Source: Eledone cirrhosa
Taxonomy: Eukaryota
DNA length: 64,000 nt
Direction of reading: 5' to 3'
NCBI GenBank assembly: GCA_964016885.1
Contig: OZ024742.1
Span: 120,900,001-120,964,000 of the forward strand
In this document: positions 14,281-26,200 of the stretch, piece after piece
Layout: each line of letters begins with the position of its first letter
Position numbering within the stretch: the stretch's first letter is position 1
Translations under genes and position numbers: made by a program
The notes under the pieces: model-generated
Database searches by the model: none
Seen by the model: the letters and a program-made list of their open reading frames with translations, nothing else
What the model was told of the DNA's origin: nothing

Positions 14281-14413
14281 CTTTATACAATACAAGAATA
14301 AGTAACATTAATTGTTGGGGACAGAAAGACTGCAATCTACTTTTTACTCTTCATTTGCTCCTGGCTTGATAAAACAACAAAAAATGCTATAGATTAAGAC
14401 ACTCCCATTGATC

Positions 14414-14419
14414 TTTATT
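14414..14419 (-). terminator. Candidate polyadenylation signal of the productive tra2 last exon
   Basis: AATAAA on the minus strand ~235 nt past the stop codon, followed by a U/GU-rich tract (TTTTTTGTTGTTTT, ~14370-14385). Confidence 0.55.
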
Positions 14420-14651
14420 GAAAGTTGGTAACAGTATAGCAGGGAAATAGACAGCACAAAAAAAAAAAACTACAGCTACATGTTTGGTTCTGGCTATAGA
14501 GGGAAAGATATGATAAATTGTGGAAGATGCATTTCTGCCTTATAATTGCTCGGAATTTCCTCACAGGCACAAATATTGACTACACCATAATTATGTACAT
14601 TTATTGAAGAGCTGCTTTTTACTGTAGGCTCATCGCATAGGACAAAACATC

Positions 14652-14662
14652 TCAATAGTGAC
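14652..14662 (-). CDS. tra2: Transformer-2 homolog, exon 10 (last coding exon, R-H-Y-stop)
   Basis: Acceptor cccttttcctcag|GTCACTATTGA completes ...SFSPRHY*, like the vertebrate TRA2 ending YSPRRY*. Confidence 0.88.
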
Positions 14663-17383
14663 CTGAGGAAAAAGGGAAACAAAAAGAATCATGTAATAAC
14701 ACTGAAGCAACATAATAGAAATAGGTTGGTGTTAGCAGTTTTTTTTTTTGTTTTTTTTAAGGGATGTAAAACCTATTACATATTTAGTAAAACTACTGAT
14801 TTACTATGTTTACAAAATGTTTTAGTCTGGAATTCTCACATCACTGTATAATATATACACACATGCACGTGTGTGTACACACACACACACACACACACAC
14901 GTGTATATGTATGTGTGCATATATAAGGAATTAGGTAACTATTTTTCATTTCTGCAAAAATGACCACAAGCGATGAGCTCAGAAAACATGCGTTTCTTAA
15001 ATCACAGAGGAGTGAAATGCTTGGATTTAATAGGTAGCTAATTGTACCATTTAGAAAATTGTCTAGAAATTAAAAAATCCTAGACCTCTTTAGAAAATAT
15101 ATTTTAATGGAAGTAAACTATTCATACAACCAAGAAATAAAATAACGAAAAGCAGTCACTATCATCATGCAGGCCAAAAAAAAATCTAAATCAGCAAAGA
15201 TAGACCTGCAAGAAATATTCAGAAAACATTCAATTGTAGGTATGTAGCAAGAATCACACTTGGATGTGTTAAGTAAAATGTTGATCTCTTAATAGATAAG
15301 CTGAAAATGAAGATCCAACAATTGTTAGTAAAGCAAAGCACAAGAAATGTTTTTAAACAATGCACATCAAAAATAATAATAAGGGAAGACTTAAAAAAAA
15401 TGAATTTAATTCTTGATATTTTTTAAAATATTGAAAACCTTTGGAAGAAAATTGAACTCATAAATACTTAAATTATTTCTAATCATAAATTTTGATGGAG
15501 CTTCAATATAGACAGGGTTCAACAAAGATCTCAACAATCATTGAATGCTTTCAATTGCGTTTTGTTATTTTTAGCCCCAGATTAAAAATGTTTTAAATCT
15601 AATATATAACGCTGAACTCCCATAGAAAAATATATATATATATCCATATACAACAGCTAACTCCTATGAATATTATTTGATAGACTAAAATTCCCATTTA
15701 AAATATCAAAATCGAAAAAATGAAGGATGGGGGGGGGGGGGGAGAATTGAATGTTACACATTTGCAAATTTCATAGATTAAAACGACAAAAACGTTAGCA
15801 GTTACACAAGATTTTTTTTTTTAAATTAGCAAAGCTGCGCAAAAAGAAAATTTCCAGACAAGTCATTTCACATATATTTACAGAAATATATGAAATTAGA
15901 GTAATGGCTTTGACTGAGCAAGCAAAATACAAAGAGTGAAGACAAATTTTATGTGAAAATTTTTTATATTGAAATAAAGTGGAAACAAAGAACAAAGAAA
16001 AGAGAAATGGACAAGCTATTTATTTTAAAAAATGCGAGATAATTATTCTGGTTTACTGCTGTAAATTGCAAATATCACAATTTAGATAATTTTGCATTTA
16101 TATTAAACAGGAGCCAATTTTATAAAACCTCTTTACATTAAAACCCCTTCAATATGCCATGTATAGTTATTTTTGTTATGCCTTAGTCATTGAGGAAAGT
16201 AAGTATTCTGAAACTAGATGATTCATCCAAGGCACCCAAGGGCAGATTGAGTTGGCCACAATAAAATATGAAATGGAGGTTTAAAAAAAAAAAAAACAGG
16301 AACAAATACAAAGCATCTCGTCTGATGCTTCTAGCAATTTTATTGCTACTTTATTTTACTGTTGACCACAACAGGATTTTAGATGCAGAGAACACATTTG
16401 TCCTTCACTACCAAGTACCAATCTTCAGGCGGCTTTATCAGTTTTCTTTTAGCAGCTACAATTTGGTACATATTACATATTAGAAAAATCTTTCTGCTTA
16501 CTCTTCTGTAACATCTCTTTTTAGGGAAGAAGCTATATTTAAAAATGTAATTTAATAGTTTATTACTTGCATAAAAACCAAAACCTTCACTCTTTGCATG
16601 TATTTATAAACATACACATAACATTGAACTGTTGCGTACAATAGCATTATTTTAGCAATATTGTGATGCTAAAATACAAACTTCATTCATTACAAACCAT
16701 CAAATGGAATTTATTAAAACCTTCTGTTACCAAGGTGCCTCTCAAGTTAATACCAATGGCTTTAAAACATACACAACTTATAATTTACAAGGAATATTTG
16801 GTAAATTTATAAGATACAAAAACAAATAGACTATCCAACAAATACTGACATTGATTTTGCACAATCAAACCATTTTTATAAAGTGCACTTCTGTTGTACA
16901 AGCTTAATATCAAATCAGCTTGCATTTTGAGGTAACAGAAGCTATCATTACTAACCATATAAATTTGCAGAAACGTTGTCGGGTAAAAAAAACAGTTGAA
17001 TATCTTTTCTCCTGGCTTTACTATACAGAATAACAATTGTCATTTCCTATACCAAATTCTTGAATTGTAACTAATAAAACATGTCCTTTAATATTGTTAA
17101 ATTTATAATCCAGCAATTTTATGAATTAATCTAAAAATCAGAATTGGTTCTCTTGCCCCGACATCTAAGAACTAAATGCTGAATCAATGATATTGTAAAT
17201 AGTTCTTTTGATGTTTGTCTAATCTAGAAAAATAACCTATATAGTTCAGGCACATATGGTAACAATAGGATTTAAATAAAGGGTCCACTATAATTTACAC
17301 TGACTGATAAGCATTTCCAGAAATATTTCCATATGAAATACTTCATTTAGAATTGCCATGCGAGTTCAATGAAAACTACTTAC

Positions 17384-17472
17384 GAGGAGAAAATGATCTG
17401 GAACGGGATCTAGAGTAACGGTTTCCACTGCGCCGATAGTAAGGAGATGAAGAGCGTTTACTTCTGCCTTCT
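17384..17472 (-). CDS. tra2: Transformer-2 homolog, exon 9 (RS2 domain)
   Basis: tttttcag|...|gtaagt; encodes SEGRSKRSSSPYYRRSGNRYSRSRSRSFSP. Confidence 0.93.
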
Positions 17473-17582
17473 CTGAAAAATCAAATCAATTTTAGATATG
17501 AGAAACATAAATACGGAAATATTCAGCATAATGTATAAAAAGTCATGGTGTGAAAAAAAAAAAAAAAAAGAAAAACACTTAC

Positions 17583-17698
17583 GAAGTTGGCTTCCCTAAG
17601 TAAATACCAGGTGTTGGAGTATGAGCTCTTTCTGTAATGGAATAGTCAACCCTTATTCTTCGACCATCAACTTCAATTCCATTGCACCTATCTTTAGC
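17583..17698 (-). CDS. tra2: Transformer-2 homolog, exon 8 (RRM end plus linker)
   Basis: cttttag|...|gtaagt; encodes [38 protein letters not shown], containing the TRA2-diagnostic HTPTPG linker. Confidence 0.97.
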
Positions 17699-18193
17699 CT
17701 AAAAGAAAGAGAAGAAAAAAAAGGTTACATATAAATACAAGAAAGCTTTCACCAAGCCCAAACTTAGAGAACATTATACACAACTTTATTTCAAATAGTC
17801 ATTTTACTTTCATTTCCTAAATGTGTCATCACTGATTGGAGAACCACAACCTGTTTTACATTTCATATTTGGCATGTTATCTAGGGTTGGATGCCCTTAA
17901 TAATGCCAAACACTTTACAGTATATGCAAGGTGCATGTTAAACACCAGCACTACAACCATACAGTGTAGTAGCAAAAAGTACCTTTTTGCCTGTCACATT
18001 TAGTATCAGGAGGTCATCATATATATAATCAACCCTTCACTCTGTTGCTAACAGTAACACAACAACTTACACCGTCTCACTAACATTTTCAGTACATACA
18101 CCTCCACTGATATCAAGAGCTAGCTACTAATTTAGTATATTTTGGCCAAACATCAGTAGCATACAATTTTAATATACTAAAATGTCCACTTAC

Positions 18194-18253
18194 CTCCATG
18201 GCATTATGTGTCGCTCTAAAATACACGAAGGCAAAGCCACGTGATCTGCCAGT
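18194..18253 (-). CDS. tra2: Transformer-2 homolog, exon 7 (RNP1)
   Basis: cattttag|...|gtaagt; encodes TGRSRGFAFVYFRATHNAME (RNP1 RGFAFVYF). Confidence 0.97.
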
Positions 18254-19341
18254 CTAAAATGAAAAGAGAAAATGTTAATGCTCTTAAAATTACCCTTTGC
18301 ATTGTACTAAACACAAATTTTTTTTTACCTTGTAAAAGATTAATTAAAATACTATTTGTGCAGATCAAAATGTGTATACATATGGGTTTTCATAAGAAAA
18401 TTCTTTCAACCTTAGGGGAATAATTTCAACCCATTCATTTAGTTCTTGCAATTGTAAAATACCAAAGCACTTGAAACTGCCTATTTATACTTATTCATAT
18501 TTAAATGAAAGCAATTTTGGCCACTGCATTAGTGATTTCACTACATTAAAAGCTAAACATTGACATATCTAAATGTAAATTTTGTTTTCAGTGAAACTTC
18601 TTGCTATTTCTTAAAGTTACACATGGGGTGAACTTTGAACCAGATGCTTTAATTTTCAATAGTATAAACAATATCTATCAGTGGCAATGAAAATGGAATG
18701 AAAATGTTTATATATTCATCAGTCACCAAACAAAATATTGCCATAAACACGGACATTTAGGATGCTACATAATCCTATTTTACATGGTGATGGTGGAATA
18801 TAAATTTCAGATAAGTTATCACTAATACCAGTAATATAATGGACAAATACAATGGTATATCAAAGTTTTGCAAATCAAACATCAGATTCTGTTAAGATTT
18901 TAACTTTTATATAAGGAGGAAAAACAATAGTGCGGCAACATAAACATGCTAGACTGATTGTACTGGATATATAAATTGCATTTTTTTAAATTGAAATAAT
19001 CCAATTGGAAAATATTTCTTTACACGCAAATGAAAATGGCACATCGCTTGTAATCAAGTGAATTAGATGGTTAATAAGTTGACCAGGTATAAGTTGTGCA
19101 AATCCCTGGTTTGGTATATAGTAACTATATGAATGCTTTTTTTTTTTTTTAATTATATAGCAAATTTAATTTGCACACCATTGAATTGAAACAATGTATT
19201 TTAATCTAAAATATCTCAAGCATTAAACATCAAGCTAATTTATTAATTGCAAACAGTGTTATCAAAATATGCTATATACCAAATTTTAAATTGGAAACAA
19301 AGATGTTAATCAGTGTGTGGGAGACGGATATAAAATATTAC

Positions 19342-19470
19342 CTGTCTGTCATAGACAACTTGAACATCTTCAACTGGACCATATCGAGTAAAAACCTCTC
19401 GGAGATCTCTTTCTTGTGTATACAAACTGAGGCCAAAAACGCCAAGACACCGAGAAGGCTCAGGGTTGTC
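19342..19470 (-). CDS. tra2: Transformer-2 homolog, exon 6 (RNP2)
   Basis: cctttcag|...|gtaata; encodes [43 protein letters not shown]. Confidence 0.97.
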
Positions 19471-19631
19471 CTGAAAGGAAAAATAGTGAAGAAACTAAAC
19501 TGCTAACAAAAATATTGGAATTTTTCCTCAACTATGGAAAAAAATGTTTAAATGGTTTAAACCATTTTTTAAAATGGAAATATCCAGTGAGCCATGCTAT
19601 ATGAAGATTTGTAAAAATGGTGTAAGTATAC

Positions 19632-19662
<31 letters not shown>

Positions 19663-20966
19663 TACACAATAAGGCTACACAATTGAGCAAACAACAAATT
19701 ATGTAGTTTTACAAATTGTTAACAGTATACAGATTTCTGTTAACTATCAAGTGAAATTCTTTTAAATAAAGAAACATTTTTTTCCTGATAGCAATCATGA
19801 ATGAATTGATCATTCAAATATCCTAATGCAAGACCAAGCCCATATTACGATATTTCTTGAAAATTCTTACCATTGAAATCTACCATAAGTACTATAATGA
19901 CAAAAACAAAAAAAAAATATAAAAAGAAAATAAGTTGCTAATGCCATAAGATGTAGTTAGTGTATGTTTACCTCTCAATACATTACTACTTAAAACAGTA
20001 AGAGCACATCAGTGCATTGCACTTGATGCATACTCACGAATCAGGATCAATGCTTCAAAGAGCATAGGCCCTATAATTCTTTGAAATTCTAAAGCCATGG
20101 ATATTTTGTAAGTGTTCCAAGGATCCCCCATAACCTTGTTTTCTTCAATTTCACTTCCATACTCTGAAGTATGTTGACACCATTTTTCATTATTCACAAG
20201 TTGTTTTGAAAATATTGTTCCAATAAACTGTAAGTGAAACCAATCATATTCTTCTAAAATCTTCACTATATTCTCAGTTCCAATTATTTTCGCTAATCAT
20301 GTCCGCTTCAGCCATATTTGATGCACACATGAAAAAAAACGGTCATATTTATTAAAATTTGTGTCGTGACAAAATTTTAAGGGTACTGGGTTAGGGTTTA
20401 CTTTTTTGTTAGCATGCTTAACTGAGTAGTTAAGATAGCTAATGGTGAGTCACTATTCATTTAAAAGCCAAACAACATAAATAACAAATAGAAATAAGCA
20501 TTTTCCTTAAATCCATTAACATTGATGTTATTAAGATAAAGTAAAGAACTACACCTAATCAGACTGCACTTTTATATTTTCAGAAAACAGAATATGCAAT
20601 TGATTCAGTGTTGTATAGATATTCCACAACTGAAGTCAAATATATTTTAACTGAATTCAAAAGTATGATTGCAGCAGAGTTTCCATTTTCATACAAGAGG
20701 ACCTTACAACATTTTAAATGTTTGGCATCTGAAACCAATGACATGTATCCCTAGAGAAGCAAATTCAACCAGATTTGTTTCTGAAATTCTACACTGGGTA
20801 AAATGAAAACCAACAGCTTACTCAGCAACTGCTAAAGTGAAAGTTAGATTAGTCCACATGCTGGAATACCCTGCCAAGAATGTCTTGCCAGGCCTTTTTT
20901 CTTTTTTTTTTTTTAAGGAATGGGTTATAAGGAAAAGAAATAAAAAAAATGATATACCTCACTCAC

Positions 20967-21096
20967 TCGGCTGCCGCCAAACCTGCGTCGACTAGACATT
21001 GGAGATTTGCAATGGGTGCGATAGTAACCACGTCTTCTGTCATTGTATCCATCTCTGTAATAGTAGGGGGAGTAGCGTCCACGACTGTAAGAACGA
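20967..21096 (-). CDS. tra2: Transformer-2 homolog, exon 5
   Basis: ctccttgcag|...|gtgagt; encodes SRSYSRGRYSPYYYRDGYNDRRRGYYRTHCKSPMSSRRRFGGSR (SPMS-RRR motif of TRA2). Confidence 0.93.
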
Positions 21097-21286
21097 CTGC
21101 AAGGAGCAAACAGTACATACATGTGGAAATCTACTTAAAGACACAAATCATTAAATCTAACTAATATATTTATTTGATTTGTGTTTAAGAAAAAAAAATA
21201 TATATAATTTTAAAACAGACATTAAAACTAATTTTACAACCTACTCTTTTGGGGTGGGTGGGAGGGTTAAAAGATAAATAACTTAC

Positions 21287-21301
21287 CTCCTGCTTCTTGA
21301 A
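21287..21301 (-). CDS. tra2: Transformer-2 homolog, exon 4 (15-nt microexon, YSRSR)
   Basis: tttctttttacag|TTCAAGAAGCAGGAG|gtaagt; phase 2-2, frame-preserving RS sequence. Confidence 0.82.
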
Positions 21302-21420
21302 CTGTAAAAAGAAAAAAATATCGAAGCCTTAGTTTACTAAGATATTCATATAAAGTAATCAGATAATAAATTTACAAGTTTAAATTATTAAAATCAAATA
21401 AGATCAATAACAATACTTAC

Positions 21421-21492
21421 TATCTCCGTCTCTGTGAGTAAGGAGTTCGTGATCGAGAACGAGAACAATATCGCCTACTACGACTTCTTGAT
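21421..21492 (-). CDS. tra2: Transformer-2 homolog, exon 3 (RS1)
   Basis: catag|...|gtaagt; 72 nt encoding RSRSRSRRYCSRSRSRTPYSQRRR. Confidence 0.88.
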
Positions 21493-21580
21493 CTATGATT
21501 TTAAAAAAAGGTTAAATATTAGTTCCAAAAATACAAAAAAAGAAGTGGTTTTTAAAATGCTAGTGTAAAATAGGATTTAC

Positions 21581-21822
21581 CTTGATCTACTGTATGATCT
21601 CCTGTGTCTATGCTTTGATCGAGATCTTGATCTAGATCTGGAACGAGATGGCGAACGTGATTGAGATCTTGATCGGGAACGAGATCGAGAGGCTGATCTC
21701 TGCGAACGAGCAGATTTTGGAGTTGGAGACCTCGAATAAGAATGAGAGGCTTCTGACTTTTGAGAACCAGATTGGTGAGACTTTTCAGATATTTTCGATT
21801 CCCTGGATGCCGAACGGCTCCT
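21581..21822 (-). CDS. tra2: Transformer-2 homolog, exon 2 (RS1)
   Basis: cccattgttatag|...|gtaaat; encodes RSRSASRESKISEKS...RSRSRSRSKHRHRRSYSRS. Confidence 0.92.
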
Positions 21823-22184
21823 CTATAACAATGGGAAAATGGAAAAAAAATTAATACAATCTGATGAAGACTACTAGTTAGATGTAAACAATCTGGAATG
21901 GAAGAAAATGTCTAAAACCTAACCAACCTCCCCATTACTGATCTTTGCGACAATAATTATTAATGCCATCCTCTCAAATATTCAAATTATTAAAATCAAC
22001 TGTAGACAAAGTTTATTTTGCAACAGTAAAACCACTGCTAAAACAATTTACCTGACAAACGCAGTTTTTTGGTTGATGCTCCCCACTCTAGACTAATATG
22101 AACTTTCATATAATGGTTTTGTTGTGCGTTAAATAAAACTAAAAGTGGTCTTTGGTCTTTATAAGAAATTAAGTTTTGAGGTAC

Positions 22185-22220
<36 letters not shown>

Positions 22221-22775
22221 TTATTCGGTACTCCGGTATTGATGAAATTATCTCCCCCTTTTTAGGGGTGGTGAAATTTCAACCTTGTTAGCACTTCTAC
22301 ACCAGAAAATATTGCCTTAAGCATCGATAGTTATTCACCACCAGTTTTACATGTTTTTCCTTGCTAACATGAGCTTAGACGAGACGTTTTGAGGCAGAAT
22401 TGTATGCCAGAGGACCCTTTCTGAAAACATTCGTTTATATTTTTAAGGTAACGATTTTCGCTAAGCAGTGAAACGTAAACAAATACCACCGCCTGTGATG
22501 CTGAATACGAAGAGAAAAAACATTGTATAAATATGTGTGTGTGTGTATTTGAAGTTTCATTGCAGTTTCCGCCCACCAAATCCACTCAGAAAGCATTATA
22601 CATACAAGATATTGTAATTCTCATAACTCTAATAGATTTAAAACAAGGTGTTTTTTTTTTCGGGGAGCGGGGGATATCAATATGATGTTCGTGTTTCTAC
22701 ACAAATATTAAAAATATAAAATACTGCGCGAAAAATTTATTTATAGAAATGTAATTGCTTATATTTTACCGATTA

Positions 22776-22806
<31 letters not shown>

Positions 22807-22836
22807 TATAGGCGTAAAAGTAAATATGCCTTCATT

Positions 22837-23026
22837 GAGCTGTGTGTGTGTGAAGAGAGATATGTAAAATCGTGACCGCAGCGCCAAGCGGTTACGACTT
22901 GTGCCGAAACCGGTTGACGCCGCGGTTATGATTTTACTTATCTCTATAACCACTCGGCAAAATCCTCATGCATTGACTACTCCCACGATTACTGGTCTCC
23001 CCGAGGACCGAGCACATACACAGCTC
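22837..23026 (-). ncRNA. Unassigned structured RNA element in tra2 intron 1
   Basis: A 14-bp closing stem (22837-22850 / 23013-23026), a 43-bp hairpin (22856-22945) and a second stem (22953-23012). GC/CpG-rich island within an AT-rich intron. Confidence 0.5.
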
Positions 23027-25008
23027 GCTTGAATTTAAAATGTCATAATTTGTACTTGTCTGACACCATCAGCTGTTTCATCTTTTTTTTTTAACAATGT
23101 AAATGTAATTATGCAAACAAAATATTTATATATTTTATTTTAAATGCAGCTTTTAATCCAGGCAAAAACTGAAAACCGCCACACATAAAAGGTATGGAGA
23201 GGGTTAAAAATCCTGTCTCAATCGATTAGTGCCTCTCTACTTTTTCCCCGTCTACTTTACCAGATTTTCTAAACTTATTTTTGTCAATGCTTCCAAATTC
23301 AATATTACACCACCATCGATTTCAGTGGGAAATAATTATTTTTCGTTTCGTTTTGTTATTTCGAGCGCTTACCAATCAATCTTACCCTCGAATATACTTT
23401 TCCCCCGGGAATACGAACGGGAAGAGGGTAAAGAAAAAGCCGTGAGGAAAGGGCATGTCCAAGGCCAACATATATGTTTGTAAACAAGACTGATGTAAGA
23501 AATATTTAAGAAGAGTGAAAGAAAAATATCTACCGGAAAAACTTCCTGGTTTACGAACTGACAAGTATAAACTTGCACTGTACAAGTTAAAACGTGCCGT
23601 ATGCAAATAGTTATTTCAACCACATCACAAGCTTTGCCCACACAATTTCTACTATTGATTATATACAGGTATTTTACTAATTAGCTATGATCAAATAAAA
23701 TACAAATCGCTAGTACGGTTAAAATACAATTTAAGTAAGCTATCTGATTAGCTAAACCACATGAAACTACATCACAAAAAATAATCCAAAGTTTAGTGTA
23801 AATAAATGAAACATTTTTAGATATTTTCTATTAAATCATTGTAGGCTGTCATTTTTCATCCATTTTTCTATGCTGGCATAGGTTGGAAGGCGAGTCGTTA
23901 AAGACCAAAAGGACATTTAGGTAACAAAAATATATACTGTATACAAAAAAAAAAGTAAGAACTTGATGTTCTTTATACCAACTAACAAACAATATAAACG
24001 TATCTTAAAGCTTGTCTACTCAAAAGCACACGTAATATATGCAATTTTTCAGTTGTTCAATTTTGTTAAACGCATTCCAACTTATCCTTTAAGATGCGTC
24101 TATATTAGATTCAAAAATTTAATTCAAGTTTTCGACGCTTACATTTTTAGGACAGTTAAATTGGTAAAATATTTGTAGACTTTCTGTATAACAATCAAAA
24201 TAGTATTAAAGTGTTCATAAAAGTTACCAAGTGAGCGCCTTCAACATTTCCTATTATCTCTAAAATAAATAAAAAATGCCATTCTATTTTTCCCTTAAAC
24301 AATAAGGCACCCTTGCCCTCTTTTGTGTATTCGTTATTTCAACAAATACATGGTAGTATAGTCGACAAAAGTTGTTTTATATCCAGTCTTTCTATGTATA
24401 TCTATGATCTAAGATACTTCCACTGCCACTATGCGGCTTGTACGTACATGTACAACGAAAAACGATGGATAAGATAGACAGATACCTTTATAGTAGACAA
24501 TATTTATAAAATATTGAGCATACGATATATGTTTGTATAAATTGCTATCATAACTCTTCCGCTATATAACTATTTCAGTTACAACTATATCAGATCAAAT
24601 CGATTTTTTTTTTTAATTTCGGGTTTTCTAGCCTCCGATCTCTGCACATGGACAGTTTCTTTGCCGCCATAGAAATTAATGAAGGAAGCTTTGTTACTAC
24701 AATTTTAAATCTTATCACCAGTTCAATAATTACAGCTTATCTTACTGATTTAACACTATTATTTTTTTCTCTAACAACAAATATTTTTTTTAAAGACAGC
24801 GAACTAATTAATACATATACTAGTATATATATTAAATGTAGTTACGATTACTTCTAAATACCGATCTTAAATGCTAACATCTTTGAATTTCCGTAAAATG
24901 TGTCGACATCTACATTAATGTAACATACGCAAAAAAGAAATATTACAAGAAGCTCGAAAAAACATTTCAACGAATTTACAATCAAATAGTAATACAATTC
25001 GCATTAAG

Positions 25009-25014
<6 letters not shown>

Positions 25015-25076
<62 letters not shown>
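25015..25076. repeat. (GT)n microsatellite
   Basis: Direct dinucleotide run. Confidence 0.95.
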
Positions 25077-25090
<14 letters not shown>

Positions 25091-25724
25091 CATACACTGT
25101 ATGACGTTGGTGTCAAAAATGTTTTTTGTTGACTTCCAATTAAAAGCAAATATAACAAATGCCAAACGTTTGTTTCTAAAAGTAGATAGCAAAATCTAAA
25201 GGAACTGCAATTGAGATGAGAAGCCTTTAAAGCAACACGCGGTAGACTTCCCTTAAACATGAAAATAGGTAGAAATGGCGGTCAAGCGCCAACAAGTAGA
25301 AACTGCTCACCTAGCTTATTGTATTGTAACTTGCTACAAAATCAGACAAACATCGAAATAATTTAATCAAATGAAGTAGATATTTGTAGGAAAATTATGT
25401 AAATGTAGTCAGGGATAATAATAAAAAAAAAAGCAAAACATTGGATACTTAATATATAAATGTATTTAAAATGTCTAGTAAACGAAAAAAAATCCTATAT
25501 TGTTTTGATGGATGTGCTTATGCGTGAGAAAAAACAATTTATGCATCGGGTAGGTTTTCATCCGTAAATTGATGTTATTTAATAATGGCTACATGATTCT
25601 ACCAAAACACAAATTTGTACATACTACTTTCTTCTTTAGTGATAATTACATGAAATATCTAATAACATTGATATTCGTGTCGAAAACAAAAAAAAAGATA
25701 AATGCGTTATATTAAAATACTTGC

Positions 25725-25745
25725 CTCGTTTTCCTTGTCACTCAT
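25725..25745 (-). CDS. tra2: Transformer-2 homolog, exon 1 coding part (MSDKENE)
   Basis: AAAATGAGTGACAAGGAAAACGAG|gcaagt. The MSD start resembles TRA2 proteins; phase 0 matches exon 2; the donor is GC-type. Confidence 0.8.
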
Positions 25746-25939
25746 TTTGTTACTTTATATATATACTTTGGATTAATATGTTAAAAAATATATTCAAATA
25801 AAGTTTACTCTGCTGTTAAGGTGCAAAGTAGAAAAAAAATCCCCCAACGCTCTAATAACGAGCTGAGGTGACGGATAACTTTGCTTTTTTTTTTTTTTTT
25901 TTTTTTTTTCTTAAATACGTAGGCTAAGAAGAAAAGAAT

Positions 25940-26200
25940 CTAAGGTACGACTAATGAAGAGCATGTGCAGACAGAGACAAAATATGGCGTAAAATAATCT
26001 TGTTTCTTTACTACCTCCCACTTTCACTCCTCCTACTGCTTCTTTACTAACTACCTCTTACTATCACTCCTCCACTGCTTTACTACCTCTTACTTTTACT
26101 CACTCATTGCAACCACTCCTCCTTTTTACCTCGTTCTCGTTTCCTAGAATCTCGTACTCTTTATTCTTAAACCTATTCCTCTTCCCGCTCCTCGCATATA
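25940..26200 (-). promoter_or_regulatory. Probable tra2 promoter/TSS region with YY1-like site
   Basis: CGCCATATT at ~25981-25989 on the minus strand, ~240 nt upstream of the ATG. Further YY1-like sites lie at ~25272 (AAATGGCGG) and ~24663 (GCCGCCAT); CpGs are retained locally. Confidence 0.45.

Noticed and set aside
19960-20360. Tc1-like transposase relic in tra2 intron 5 (similar hint at 14940-15560)
   Set aside because: Only faint motif similarity (KVM...IIGP) and no termini; too weak to list as a feature.
21648-21854. Plus-strand ORFs at 21648, 20949 and 19291
   Set aside because: Antisense shadows of tra2 exons.
22837-23026. Identification as SRP, RNase P/MRP, telomerase RNA, snoRNA or tRNA
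   Set aside because: I found no diagnostic boxes, telomeric template or cloverleaf, so it is left unassigned.
24915-25260. HTHT/CVCV ORFs
   Set aside because: Translations of the (GT)n microsatellite.
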